A stretch of 64,000 nucleotides of DNA from an uncultured delta proteobacterium (lineage in GTDB: Bacteria > Desulfobacterota > RBG-13-43-22): the NCBI GenBank assembly GCA_963711835.1, contig CAVQFQ010000012.1, positions 64,001 to 128,000 on the forward strand, read 5' to 3'. Made by a program: the position numbers and the translations under genes. The notes beneath the pieces are model-generated. The model made no database searches and was not told where the DNA came from. It was given only the letters and a program-made list of their open reading frames with translations. Below, piece after piece: positions 28,312-40,340 of the stretch (the stretch's first letter is position 1; every line of letters starts with the position of its first letter).

Positions 28312-31050
28312 TTAGCCGGGCCTGGGTACCCTATCCCGAGGCCCCCAGATCGACAAATCCGCTACCGACCAGTAATAGGCAGGTTGGTTTTCCTGACAAA
28401 CCATTTTTAAATAGCGCGTTTCCAGGGCAGGGAAAATATAAGCACAGGAAGTTCCGCTGCCGATTAAATGACTGCCGGTCCAGCGAAGGGTTTGATGAAA
28501 ACGTAGTTGGGTGTCTATTTCTTTCCAGGCCAGACCATCCGGCGAGGAGTAGATTTTGAGCTTTTGAGCAACATCCTGAAAATCGGTGCCGGGGTCGAGG
28601 ATGAGGGCCGATACTTTTTCCCTTTTTATTAAATCACAGGCTATAAACATGTCATCTCGGCGGGGTGTCCCGCTTGTCCATCTGGTTTTCCTATGGCGGT
28701 CGATCATCAAGGGGAGGTCCTTTTGATTATGGCCGGTTTTTAGTTCCACGGCACTCAGATCGAGCTGTTTCAGGGTCAGGAAGGGATTTTCCAACGCATA
28801 GATCAGGCTGTATTCTCCGAATGGGTGCACTTGATAATGGTATAACTGCGCCTTTAAAAATCCAAGCACTTCTTCCTGATCTCTCCGATGGACGGCCACG
28901 GCCTGAATTTCTTCCGCTGCATAGTCCCATTTAGCCCGAAGTTCAGGGAATGCAGCATTATAGCGGACATTAGCGATTATCTGTTTCCGGCTCTGATGGT
29001 TCATATTGGCCGAAGCATAGAGATCGCCGACTATTCTTCGCTGGCCGAGGCCCTTTAAAAAAGCGGCCATAGACTCCCAATCGCTTAACGGTTTGATCCG
29101 CTCCTTCTTTTTTGAGGAATACAAAATTATTTCGGATAATTCCCAAGGATTGGAATGGGTTCCGGTCTGTTTAATGCGGACATAACGGGCCTTCCGGCCG
29201 GGGAAAATGTATTGATTGAATCCATCCAAAACCTTATAGCCTGGATGAGCCCCCGCCCAATACAAGGTGCTTGAGGTTTTGAGATTGACCGCTTGGGACC
29301 ATTCCCGGTTGTCCAGGGAGGTCTCAATGACAACCTGTACCGGAAGGGTGTCTGACCAATTTGGGATCAAATCCACCCTGGAAAGCGACTCCTCCCGCCC
29401 CAGATCGAAGGCGATTACCTCGCTGCCTTTCTGGGGCCCTGGTGTTGACCAGGAGGTGGCCATATTGCCGTCTAATAAACCGGCGGCCGAGGCGTTGTTG
29501 GGATAGGCGGAAATTTGCATTTTTTCCCGGTCGAGGGGCTCATAAGCTTCTTCCGGTGCTTTTATATTGAAAAAAATTTTATAGTGCGGGACATCAAGGC
29601 TTGAATAACCAGGACTTCCCAGGGCATCAAGACCCTGCTTAAAAAACTCGGCCTCAGCAGGATCCCGAAAAATAAAGGCGGGATAACGTGTTCCGTCGAC
29701 CACTAAGGAAAGACGAGGATAACGGCTGTTGTAATAATGACTGCAAACTATTTTCCCTTGCGAGACAAAGTTAAGAGGACCTTCGTCAAGAAAGTCCGTA
29801 TAGGCCCTGGTAATCCGTTCTTTTTCCAAGGAAGGGAGAAGGCCTTTCCACTGTAAATAGGGTGCTTCAAAGTGAACTTCGTATCGAAGAAAGGTTTGAT
29901 TTTTATATCCCTGAACATTGGTCCAGAGATTAACGGCAAGCAGCCCTATAAAAAGAAGGGACCCCGATAGGCTGTGGTAGTTGCGTGTTTCGGTCAAAAC
30001 ACAATCGAAAATCAAAGCCAGCCCGACCAGGATCGGGATATAATAACGATAACTGACCACCCCAAACCGGCCGGCATTGACATAACTATAGGCAAAAAGT
30101 GTCAGGGCTATGACCATCCAGGAGAAGAGCCACAGCAGACCCTTAGGGGAAAATCTATTGCCCGGCCGTTTAAAAAAGAAAAAGACACTCAACGACAAAA
30201 GGATCAGAATTCCCAACCAGGTTAATAAGGAAATGGGGCCGGGCAATAAATCATAGCCAAGGAAGGAGTTCATCTGGAGGACGGATTTCCAGATATCCTC
30301 AAGTAAAGAAAGAATGGGTTGTCGGCTTAGTTCAGTTTGGCCGAAATTGAACGTCCCAAAACGGATGGTCAGGCTTTTAACCCAGAAGGGATAAGCGCCG
30401 ACCAGACAGCCTAAAAACGATAGAGGAAAGTAACGAATAACCCGGACATCGTTTAAGAGGAGAATACAGCCGCTGGGGATGGCATAAATAAGTGTCGCCG
30501 GACTCATCCATAATCCGAAGCCAACGGCTAACCCCCATAAAAAAAAGTTCACCCAAGCCCATTTCCTGGAAACAATGGCCCTGGCGGTCAGATAAAAAAT
30601 AAGCCCCCCGCAGAATAATCCTCCCATATGCCCCGAAGGTTGGATGGAACGGACGCATAAGACCATCGGGGAAAGGATCAACCAGCCGACGGCAACCAGG
30701 CCGTTGCTGTCCCGGTTCATCAGGCGAAATCCTTGCCAAAACAGCAATAACCCGGCCAGGGTCAGAATCAAAACAGAAAGACGCAGGAAGAAGGTGCTGG
30801 GTGAGAATATCAAAAAAAATGGAATAGCGACTAAGGATTCCAGAGGCCCAAAATATTCTTGTCCGTAAAAGAAGAGCGGTAGCTTCTCTCCGTTAATGAT
30901 ATCCTGGGCCATAATCCCCAGAACAGCTTCGTCCATATTCAATTCGGAGTGAAAGGTAATGAGATAGGGGACCCGCAGGGCCAGTCCGATTAGAATAATG
31001 AGAATAAGCCCCAAAAAGAGCCGTTTTCGTGGGGACCATCCGGGAAACAT
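28312..31050 (-). CDS. Paralogous GT-C glycosyltransferase with two discoidin domains
   Basis: DEAVLGIMA.DI..G...PLFFYGQEYFG.LE; LLDGNMATSWST, TRWTSGTP, SPDG.AW (start uncertain). Confidence 0.75.
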   Translation of the reverse strand: MFPGWSPRKRLFLGLILIILIGLALRVPYLITFHSELNMDEAVLGIMAQDIINGEKLPLFFYGQEYFGPLESLVAIPFFLIFSPSTFFLRLSVLILTLAGLLLFWQGFRLMNRDSNGLVAVGWLILSPMVLCVRSIQPSGHMGGLFCGGLIFYLTARAIVSRKWAWVNFFLWGLAVGFGLWMSPATLIYAIPSGCILLLNDVRVIRYFPLSFLGCLVGAYPFWVKSLTIRFGTFNFGQTELSRQPILSLLEDIWKSVLQMNSFLGYDLLPGPISLLTWLGILILLSLSVFFFFKRPGNRFSPKGLLWLFSWMVIALTLFAYSYVNAGRFGVVSYRYYIPILVGLALIFDCVLTETRNYHSLSGSLLFIGLLAVNLWTNVQGYKNQTFLRYEVHFEAPYLQWKGLLPSLEKERITRAYTDFLDEGPLNFVSQGKIVCSHYYNSRYPRLSLVVDGTRYPAFIFRDPAEAEFFKQGLDALGSPGYSSLDVPHYKIFFNIKAPEEAYEPLDREKMQISAYPNNASAAGLLDGNMATSWSTPGPQKGSEVIAFDLGREESLSRVDLIPNWSDTLPVQVVIETSLDNREWSQAVNLKTSSTLYWAGAHPGYKVLDGFNQYIFPGRKARYVRIKQTGTHSNPWELSEIILYSSKKKERIKPLSDWESMAAFLKGLGQRRIVGDLYASANMNHQSRKQIIANVRYNAAFPELRAKWDYAAEEIQAVAVHRRDQEEVLGFLKAQLYHYQVHPFGEYSLIYALENPFLTLKQLDLSAVELKTGHNQKDLPLMIDRHRKTRWTSGTPRRDDMFIACDLIKREKVSALILDPGTDFQDVAQKLKIYSSPDGLAWKEIDTQLRFHQTLRWTGSHLIGSGTSCAYIFPALETRYLKMVCQENQPAYYWSVADLSIWGPRDRVPRPG

Positions 31051-31077
31051 AGGAAATAAAAATTTAGGTTGTCCCAA

Positions 31078-31382
31078 AGTTACGTGATTTTTAAGCACTC
31101 CATTCTTAGAGGGCTTCGGGGGTCTTGATTTCAAGGTTGTCCAAAAGGTAATCCGTAGCCCCAACCCGGCCCGAATTTCTAAGTTGGTTGGGAGCCGGGC
31201 ATTCACCCAAGACGATAAATCGCTTTGGTGTTGGCCTGTTTCTAAACCCCATTATAAACTTCCTGCCCGGGTTCAGGCTGCCGGCGTTTTGGTGGACAAT
31301 CCTTGAAATCAAGACCCCTGAAGCCCTTTTGGGTGATTTATTATTTAAGAGGCTACCCCTTCGGTTTGAGAATCACGTAACT
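31078..31382. mobile_element. 305-bp element with nested inverted repeats
   Basis: Outer AGTTACGTGATT/AATCACGTAACT; inner ~34-bp IR 31110-31143 / 31293-31327. Confidence 0.7.
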
Positions 31383-31386
31383 AGGG

Positions 31387-32205
31387 TCAGGCCCCTTTGA
31401 ATTCCCCTTTTCTGTTTTGCAGATACGAAGCGATGGCCTCGTAGAGGTCCTCGGAAGGCAGGATCATAGAGGATCGGGCGGCCGTGTAATCCAGGGACTG
31501 TTCCAGACCGACCTCTTCATTGTAAAGCAGGACCTCCTTGGCCCCCTGCACTCCCAGGGGCGAATTGGAGGCGATCTCCTCGGCCATTTCCCTGGCTTTC
31601 GCTTCAAGGGTCCCCTGGTCCGGATAGACGTCATTGACCAGATTGATGGCCTTGGCCCGCCCGGCATCGAAGCGATGCCCCCGGAAGGCGATCTCCCGGG
31701 CATGGCCGCGACCGACCACCCGGGGCAGGCGCTGCAATCCCCCCACATCGGTAATGATGGCCAGCTTGGGCTCCGGCAGGGCGAAGAGGGTTTCGGCCGA
31801 GCAGAGACGGATGTCGCAGCACAGGACCAGTTCCAGACCCGCTCCCAGGCAGTGACCAAAGATAACCGCAATGGTCGGCTGAAGCAGGCGCTCCAGCCGG
31901 GTGTGAATGGCCTGGACCTTTTTAGCCATCCGATAAAATTTCAGCTTCTGAGTGGCGCTGGCCGCGGCCCCGATGGTCATGAGAAGTTCATTCTCCGGGC
32001 CGAGATCCAGGCCGGCGCAAAAGGAATTCCCTTCTCCTCGAAGGAGGATCACCCGGGCCTCGGTGTCCTCCTCGGCTTGGGCAATAGCCCTGTCCAGGGC
32101 CTGCCAGACCGCTATGTTCAGGGCATTCCGCTTTTCGGGCCTGTTCAAAGTAATGAATCCTAAATACCCTTCACGTTGATATGTGACCAATTCCTGTTCG
32201 CTCAT
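31387..32205 (-). CDS. Enoyl-CoA hydratase/isomerase (dienoyl-CoA isomerase-like)
   Basis: LNRPEKRNAL, FCAGLDL, GAGLEL, PE..L....DVGGLQRLP. Confidence 0.92.
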   Translation of the reverse strand: MSEQELVTYQREGYLGFITLNRPEKRNALNIAVWQALDRAIAQAEEDTEARVILLRGEGNSFCAGLDLGPENELLMTIGAAASATQKLKFYRMAKKVQAIHTRLERLLQPTIAVIFGHCLGAGLELVLCCDIRLCSAETLFALPEPKLAIITDVGGLQRLPRVVGRGHAREIAFRGHRFDAGRAKAINLVNDVYPDQGTLEAKAREMAEEIASNSPLGVQGAKEVLLYNEEVGLEQSLDYTAARSSMILPSEDLYEAIASYLQNRKGEFKGA

Positions 32206-32221
32206 GAATAATGCCTCCTCT

Positions 32222-33379
32222 TTAAATCATAACTTCCAGATTCTCCAACGGATAAGAAACGCAGGCATGGACATAGCCGTAGCGCCGGTCCGAACGCCTG
32301 ACCGGGACGCCTGCCGGTTCAAAGACCTTGCCAGACAGGATCTTCACCCGGCACTGGCTGCATTCCCCGGACCGGCACAGGGTCGGGACCAGTATCCCCT
32401 GCTTCTCCAGAGAAGCGGCCAAGGGCTCTCCGGCCCGGACTTCCACTGAGCCGCCGCCCTTGATGCTGACCCGAAAAGTCTGACCTCCTTTGACTTCGCC
32501 GGGCCAGTTGGGAGAGCGGGTGATATCCATTGGAGGTCCATAGACTTCTTTGCGGATTTTTCTCCTCGGAATCCCCAGCCCCTCCAGCTCGGGGATGCAG
32601 AAATCATACATGGCTTTGGGGCCGCACAGGTAAAAGGTCTTGTCATTCACATCCGGCAGGCTGCTCCTGATGAGGTCACCGGTGATAAGTCCCCTCAATC
32701 CCTGAAATCCTGCCGGTGGGGATTCAATGACAGGAAAGTAATGTATATTGGAGAAACTCCCCGAAATGCCGGAAAGCACATCGTGAAAGATGGTTTCTTC
32801 AATGGTCTTGGTTCCAAAAAAAAGATAGATCTCCCGATCCAGCCCGCATTCCACCACCTCCCGCACCATGCTCATAAAAGGGGTGATGCCGCTTCCGCCG
32901 GCCAGGCAGACCATGGTCCGGTCATGAAAAAGAGGATTATGGTAAAAGTGGCCTTCAGGTCCTGAACTTTGAAGACCGTCTCCCCTCTTCACCTCATCGA
33001 TGAGATAATTGGATATCAATCCTCCTTCCGTCCTCCGGACGGTAATATCATAATAACCGGTCTGGTTGGGTGCGGAGGAAATGCTGTAGGGCCGGGAAGT
33101 CCTGATACCTCCGACCTCCAGAAAAAGGGCGATATACTGGCCGGCCAGGAAAGGCGGCAGATAGCCTTCCGGAGAAATTAACCTGAGGGTTTTTGTCGAG
33201 GGCGTCTCGTTTATGATATCGGAGACTTGGAGGTTTAGGCGCTTGGGATGAAGGCGCTGGATGTAGGGGTCAGCCGCGTCCTTTTCCCCCGAATAATCCA
33301 ATCCGTATTTCCGGCTGTATTCCCGCTCCTCCACGATCCGTTCATAGCCGTCAAATTCCTTGAATATGTCCTTTCTCAT
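32222..33379 (-). CDS. FAD/NAD-binding oxidoreductase with C-terminal 2Fe-2S (PaaE/Hcr-like)
   Basis: RPYSISS, AGGSGITP, YLCGP, CRSGECSQC...C. Confidence 0.92.
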   Translation of the reverse strand: MRKDIFKEFDGYERIVEEREYSRKYGLDYSGEKDAADPYIQRLHPKRLNLQVSDIINETPSTKTLRLISPEGYLPPFLAGQYIALFLEVGGIRTSRPYSISSAPNQTGYYDITVRRTEGGLISNYLIDEVKRGDGLQSSGPEGHFYHNPLFHDRTMVCLAGGSGITPFMSMVREVVECGLDREIYLFFGTKTIEETIFHDVLSGISGSFSNIHYFPVIESPPAGFQGLRGLITGDLIRSSLPDVNDKTFYLCGPKAMYDFCIPELEGLGIPRRKIRKEVYGPPMDITRSPNWPGEVKGGQTFRVSIKGGGSVEVRAGEPLAASLEKQGILVPTLCRSGECSQCRVKILSGKVFEPAGVPVRRSDRRYGYVHACVSYPLENLEVMI

Positions 33380-33418
33380 GCTCCGCTCCTGATGAATTTT
33401 TCCCTATGCATTTAAAAC

Positions 33419-33625
33419 TTTTTAGCCACAAACCTACACGGACCCCGCTTCAGTGGCGGTCGCGGGGCAAGGCGCCGGCAGACTATTAGTTTTTAGCTGT
33501 TCGACATGAACAGGCTAAAACAGGGCAACGCTTCGCGAGAAAATACTTTATATGCGCCAAAGGCGCAGACGATTAGGGTGTCGGCAGGTCGCCGTCACCT
33601 GTCCTGTCTTTGTCTGTGGCAAAAA
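33419..33625 (-). mobile_element. Family A element, copy 2
   Basis: Minus strand TTTTTGCCACAGACAAAGAC...CCCTAATCGTC.GCGCCTTTGGCGCATATAAAGT...TGTGGCTAAAA. Confidence 0.78.
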
Positions 33626-33650
33626 GTATTTAATTTGCGTTTAAACAAAT

Positions 33651-35154
33651 TTACTTTCCATCCAATTCCCGGATGATCTTCCTGGCAGCCGCGGCCCCGG
33701 CTTCGAGGGTAGGCTGGAAGCCGCAGTCCCCGGTCCAGCCGCTGGCAAAGGACAGACCCGGGATGGGCGAACTCCGCCCGGGCTGGAAGAACATGGAATC
33801 CTTGGTGTACTGCTCAAAGCCGTAAATGGCGCCGTTGGGATGGCCCAGGTAGCGCATGTGGGTCAGGGGAGTCGCGGCCTCGATTTCCTCGATGTGGCCT
33901 CTTACGCCTGGGAAGGCCGCTTCCACCCGGCGCAGCATGGATTCGGCGACGCGGAATTTCACCCTCTGATATTGAGTCGGAGGAATCCGCAGCCAGGGCT
34001 CTCCATATTTTAATGTAACGACATTAGCCTGACAGGTACCCGGCGGTGAAAAACCCGGGTCGGCCACGTCATAACAGCTCAGGGCCATGAACTGATTTCC
34101 CAGATCCAGCCGATGAAAATCGATGAGTGTTTTATCTGTGATATCAGTATGATTTAAAAGAAAAGTCATGGATCCGGTGATACCCAATTCCTGGGGCTCG
34201 CGATCAAACCCGATAAATAGGACGAAAGCCGATGGGCTGAGGGTCCTGCCCCGCATCTCATGGAATACATTCCCCGGTACGAGCTCCGGATCCAGAAGCC
34301 TGGTATAGGTAGCTACCGGCGAGACATTCGAAACCACATTCCGGGTTTTTATGCGCTCCCCATGTTCGGTGACCACCCCGGCAATCCTTCCTTTATCCAG
34401 CAGGATCTTATTGACACCGCAATTAAAGCGAACCGTGCCTCCCTGTGATAGAAAGCGGTTAATCAGCGCATTGGACAGGGCCTGGGAACCTCCTCTGATG
34501 TGAAAGGGCTTGAACTCGATATAGGTGAAATAAAGCATAGCCAGATAGGCGAATGAGATCCTGGTTGGAGGCAGACCCAAAAATCCCCAGTACACAGAGA
34601 TAAAGCACTTCAGTAAGGGGTCGCTGAAAAGCTCATCCAGGACTTCCTTGGCCGGCTTAAAGGCATAGTGATAGAGGACCGGGTATTTCTCTCGGGAAGG
34701 ATCCGGGTCCTTAAAAAAAAACACCGAGAGCATCTGATAGGCATATTCATAAGACAGGTTAAAAAACCGCTCTATCCCTTCTTTTTCCTTGGGGAATTTC
34801 TCCTGAAAGGCGGCAATGACCTGAGCCCGATCGGGCTTGAGGGCCAGGCGGAAGTCTCCCGGTCCAATAACATGAAATAGGTCCTTTGACTCCACCAGCT
34901 CCAGGTCATCGAGGATTCCCAACTGGCTGAGCAGCATCCGGAGCGGGCCGGGATTGTCCGACAGTCCCTACCCCGCTGAGCTGGTGCAGGGCCACTTCGA
35001 ATTCAAACCTCCCCCGACAAAAGCTGGTGGCGCACCCTCCCGGGATGTTGTGCCGTTCCAGCAGCAGGACCTTCAGACCTTTCTGGGCCAGGGTCGTCGA
35101 GGCGGTCAGCCCGCCGTTCCCGGCTCCCACTACCACCACATCGAATTCTTCCAT
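33651..35154 (-). CDS. Phytoene dehydrogenase/retinol saturase-like FAD oxidoreductase (frameshift near 34950)
   Basis: VVGAGNGGL, ERHNIPGGCATSF.RGRFEFE, ATPLTHMRY..P.GAIYG. Confidence 0.87.
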
Positions 35155-35180
35155 AGAACCTCTCTTGATGTTAGGGACGC

Positions 35181-36884
<1,704 letters not shown>

Positions 36885-36971
36885 AGCGCTTCCTCCTTTG
36901 TCTTTGACAGGATTGGAGTCCTGGGTTTCTTTTAAAGGGTTAACAGCGCTTGAATCATTATTCTACCTCCT

Positions 36972-37181
36972 AACCCGAAAAATTCTGAAAAGATTTTTGC
37001 CACAGACAACGACATGATCCCGCTTGCAGCGGGACGGCGACCTGCCGCTACCCCTAACTGTCTGCCCTTCGGGCATTACAGGCCTGGGCCAACGATCAAT
37101 ATCAACTTAACGGGCATATCTATTCGCGCCAGTCCCGCCACAGGCGGGATCCGCCTTTGTCTGTGTGTGTCTGTGGCAAAA
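36972..37181 (+). mobile_element. Family A element, copy 3
   Basis: AACCCGAAAA...GAAAAGA lead-in, TIR TTTTTGCCACAGAC / GTCTGTGGCAAAA, divergent interior. Confidence 0.78.
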
Positions 37182-37220
37182 GAGGTACTGAATTCTAAAT
37201 TCTTTTTTCTTCCCAAATCA

Positions 37221-38372
37221 TCATCCCTTCAACTTTTTCATGAGTTCGTTGATGATGATAATCCGCTGGATCTGATTCGTTCCGGCCCCGAATTCAATGC
37301 CCTTAATGTCCCGGTAAATCCGCTCGATAGGATACTCCCGGATAAAGCCGTAGCCGCCGAAAACCTGGCTCGCTTTCCCGACGGCCCTGACCCCGGCCTC
37401 GGCACAAAAAAGTTTAGCGTAAGAGGCTTCCAAACGCACCCGTTTTCCCGAGCCGGCCAGCGTGGCCGCCCAATAGGCCAAGACCCTTCCGGCCTGGATC
37501 TCGGTAGCGATATCGGCCAGGATTTCCTGCATCATCTGAAATTGAATAATCGGTTTCCCAAACTGGATCCGTTGCTGGGCATAGCGAAAGGCCAGGTCAA
37601 AGGCCCCCTGGGCCGCCCCAATGGGCGCCATGGACCAGAGGATCCGTTCCCGGTCCAGACCGCTCATCAGGACGTTGATCCCCCGGTTCTCTTCACCCAA
37701 CAGGTTCTCCTGCGGGACTTCACAGTTCTCGAAGAACAGTTCACCGGTCGGCGAACCCCTCACTCCCATTTTTTTCATGGGCTGGCCCCGGGTAAAGCCC
37801 GGAAACCCCGCTTCCACGATAAAGGCCGAGATGCCGTTCTGGCCGGCCTCGGGATTGGTCTTGGCATAAACGATAGCCACATCAGCCAGGGGTCCGTTGG
37901 TGATAAAGGTCTTGGACCCATTCAGCAGATAGCGGTCTCCTTTTTTATCGGCCCGGCAGCGCAGGGAAAGGGCATCGGAGCCGGCCTCCGGCTCGGTAAG
38001 GGCCAAGGCCCCGATTTTTTTTCCGGCAATGAGATCGGGCAGGAGGCGTCTTCTTTGTTCCTCATTGCCGTTCCGGTAGATGCTCTCGGTGCAAAGAATG
38101 GCATGGGCTCCGTAGGTATTTCCGGTGGAAACGCATCCCCGCATCAACTCTTCCATGACCAGCAGGCAGGATAGAAAATCGGCGCCCCCTCCTCCATAGT
38201 CTTCCGGCAGCGACATCCCGAAAATTCCCATCCCGGCCAAGGCCTTGAAGTTCTCTTCCGGGAACCGTTCCTCTGCATCAAGGATCGGGGCCAGCGGGAC
38301 AACCCGCTCATCCACGAATCGGGCCATCTGCGCCTTAAGCATTTTCTGTTCTTCGGTAAGTTCAAAGTCCAT
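37221..38372 (-). CDS. Acyl-CoA dehydrogenase (isovaleryl-CoA DH-like)
   Basis: ALTEPEAGSD, NGSKTFITNGP, KMGVRGSPT, GLDRER, FGAGT. Confidence 0.93.
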   Translation of the reverse strand: MDFELTEEQKMLKAQMARFVDERVVPLAPILDAEERFPEENFKALAGMGIFGMSLPEDYGGGGADFLSCLLVMEELMRGCVSTGNTYGAHAILCTESIYRNGNEEQRRRLLPDLIAGKKIGALALTEPEAGSDALSLRCRADKKGDRYLLNGSKTFITNGPLADVAIVYAKTNPEAGQNGISAFIVEAGFPGFTRGQPMKKMGVRGSPTGELFFENCEVPQENLLGEENRGINVLMSGLDRERILWSMAPIGAAQGAFDLAFRYAQQRIQFGKPIIQFQMMQEILADIATEIQAGRVLAYWAATLAGSGKRVRLEASYAKLFCAEAGVRAVGKASQVFGGYGFIREYPIERIYRDIKGIEFGAGTNQIQRIIIINELMKKLKG

Positions 38373-38374
38373 GG

Positions 38375-39745
38375 CTACTCCTCCTCGTCTTCTTCCTCTT
38401 CCTCTTTGGGGAGGAATCGCTCGATAAAATGGGTGGTAAATTCACCTTTCCGAAAAAGGGGATCGTCCAGGATCCGGATATGGAGCGGGATGGTAGTCTT
38501 GATGGGCTCTATCTTGAATTCCCTCAAGGCCCTTTTCATAATCCGGATGGCGCCCTCCCGGGTGAGATCATAGCTGATGAGCTTGGCGATCAGGGAGTCG
38601 TAAAAGATGGGCAGTTCATAACCCTGGTAGAGGTGGGTGTCTAATCTGATCCCGAAGCCGCCCGGCGGCTGAAAAACTTCGATCAGGCCGGGAGAGGGCA
38701 GAAAAAAGCGGTCCGGGTCCTCGGCATTGATGCGGCACTCCAAGGCCCAGCCCCGGCGCTGAATAGCCTCCTGGGAATAGGCCAGCTCTTCACCGGCCGC
38801 TATTTTTATTTGTTCCCGGATAAGATCGATGCCGGTCGTCATTTCCGTCACCGGATGCTCGACCTGGATCCGGGCGTTGATCTCCATAAAATAAAAGGCC
38901 CCATTTTCATCCAGTAGAAATTCCACCGTACCGGCATTGACATAATGAACGGCCTCGGCGGCCCGAACGGCTGTCCGGGCCATGGCCTCCCGCAGCCTTG
39001 GGGTCAGCCCGGGAGAGGGCGATTCTTCGATCAGCTTCTGATACCTTCGCTGAATGGTGCATTCCCGCTCGCCCAAGTGAATCACCTTCCCCAGACCGTC
39101 GGCCAGGATCTGAAATTCAATATGCCTCGGCCCGCTGAGAACCTTTTCAATATAAACCTCGTCATTGCCGAAAGCGGAACGGGCCTCCATTTTAGCGACG
39201 GCGAATTCTTCCCTGAGGGCTTCCTTATCCGGGCAGATCCGGATCCCTCGTCCCCCCCCGCCCCCCGAGGCCTTGACCATAATCGGATAACCGATCTCCT
39301 CCCCGATCCGGACGGCCTCTTCAATCGTAGCCACGGCCTGATCGCTTCCGGGAATAACCGGAACACCGGCCTTTTTCATGATCCTTTTGGAGGTGATCTT
39401 CTCCCCGGCCTTCTTGAGGTTCTGGGGGGTAGGGCCGATGAAGACCAGACCTTCAGCCTGGCACAGCCTGGCAAAGGTCTCGTTTTCCGCCAGGTAGCCG
39501 TAGCCGGGATGGATGGCCTGAGCCCCGGTTGTCTTGGCCGCCCCGATGATGCGCTCCATGGCCAGATAACTCTGGGCGCTGGGAGGCGGGCCGATGCAGA
39601 TGTGTTCGTCGGCCAGCTCGCGGTGCCGGGAGTTGATATCGGCTTCCGAATAGACCGCCACAGACCTTATGTCCATTTCTCGGCAGGCCCGGATGATCCT
39701 GAGAGCGATCTCACCCCGATTGGCAATGAGGATCTTGGAAAACAA
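38375..39745 (-). CDS. accC: Biotin carboxylase
   Basis: KILIANRGEIA, HPGYG, GGGGRG, ERECTIQRRYQK, RIQVEH. Confidence 0.95.
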   Translation of the reverse strand: MFSKILIANRGEIALRIIRACREMDIRSVAVYSEADINSRHRELADEHICIGPPPSAQSYLAMERIIGAAKTTGAQAIHPGYGYLAENETFARLCQAEGLVFIGPTPQNLKKAGEKITSKRIMKKAGVPVIPGSDQAVATIEEAVRIGEEIGYPIMVKASGGGGGRGIRICPDKEALREEFAVAKMEARSAFGNDEVYIEKVLSGPRHIEFQILADGLGKVIHLGERECTIQRRYQKLIEESPSPGLTPRLREAMARTAVRAAEAVHYVNAGTVEFLLDENGAFYFMEINARIQVEHPVTEMTTGIDLIREQIKIAAGEELAYSQEAIQRRGWALECRINAEDPDRFFLPSPGLIEVFQPPGGFGIRLDTHLYQGYELPIFYDSLIAKLISYDLTREGAIRIMKRALREFKIEPIKTTIPLHIRILDDPLFRKGEFTTHFIERFLPKEEEEEDEEE

Positions 39746-39775
39746 GCAATCCCCCTTTCGATGTTAACTACTTTT

Positions 39776-39958
39776 CCGCCCACTCGTCATGCCTGGACAG
39801 CATAAGTCGGTTCAAGACGCAGGGATCGCACCAATCGCAGCGTCTTTGACTGCATATGAGAGTTGTCAGGCGAAGCAATGAGCTGTTTTACCTGTTGCCT
39901 TTCGAGCGGAAAGTTAATAGTTCTGCTTCTTTGCGCCCTTTGCGACTTTGCGGTGAAA
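39776..39958 (+). repeat. Family B intergenic element, copy 1
   Basis: CCGCCCACTCGTCA...TTCAAGACGCAG.GATCGC...TCTTTGCGCCCTTTGCGACTTTGCGGTGAA, homologous to 42908. Confidence 0.72.
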
Positions 39959-39987
39959 TCAGACTTTTATTCGTTTTGATCACTTGT

Positions 39988-40239
39988 CTAGACCATCTCG
40001 ATCACGAGTATCAAGTCATTGTCTTTAAGGGTGGTTTCATTTTCCACTATGATCTTGACGACCTTTCCGTTGGCCGGTGATTTAACCTTCTGAAAGACCT
40101 TCATGGTCTCCAGCAACCCCAAGACCTGTTTCTTCTTGACCAGATCGCCCTCCTGCACATAAGGAGGTTGGTCAGGGGCCGGCCTGCAATAGAAAACCCC
40201 GGACATGGGAGCCCTGACTTCGATCACTTTCATTCGCAT
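39988..40239 (-). CDS. accB: Stand-alone biotin carboxyl carrier protein
   Basis: APMSGVFY.RP.P..PPYV..GD.V...LETMKVF (start uncertain). Confidence 0.88.
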   Translation of the reverse strand: MRMKVIEVRAPMSGVFYCRPAPDQPPYVQEGDLVKKKQVLGLLETMKVFQKVKSPANGKVVKIIVENETTLKDNDLILVIEMV

Positions 40240-40340
40240 TGCATCAGCATGATTCTCGGACATTGACAAGTCGACCGGAGAATATCGTATTTAAATTTGG
40301 CAAAAAACTTCGCTATTCCAGTGGATTTGACAAAAATTTT

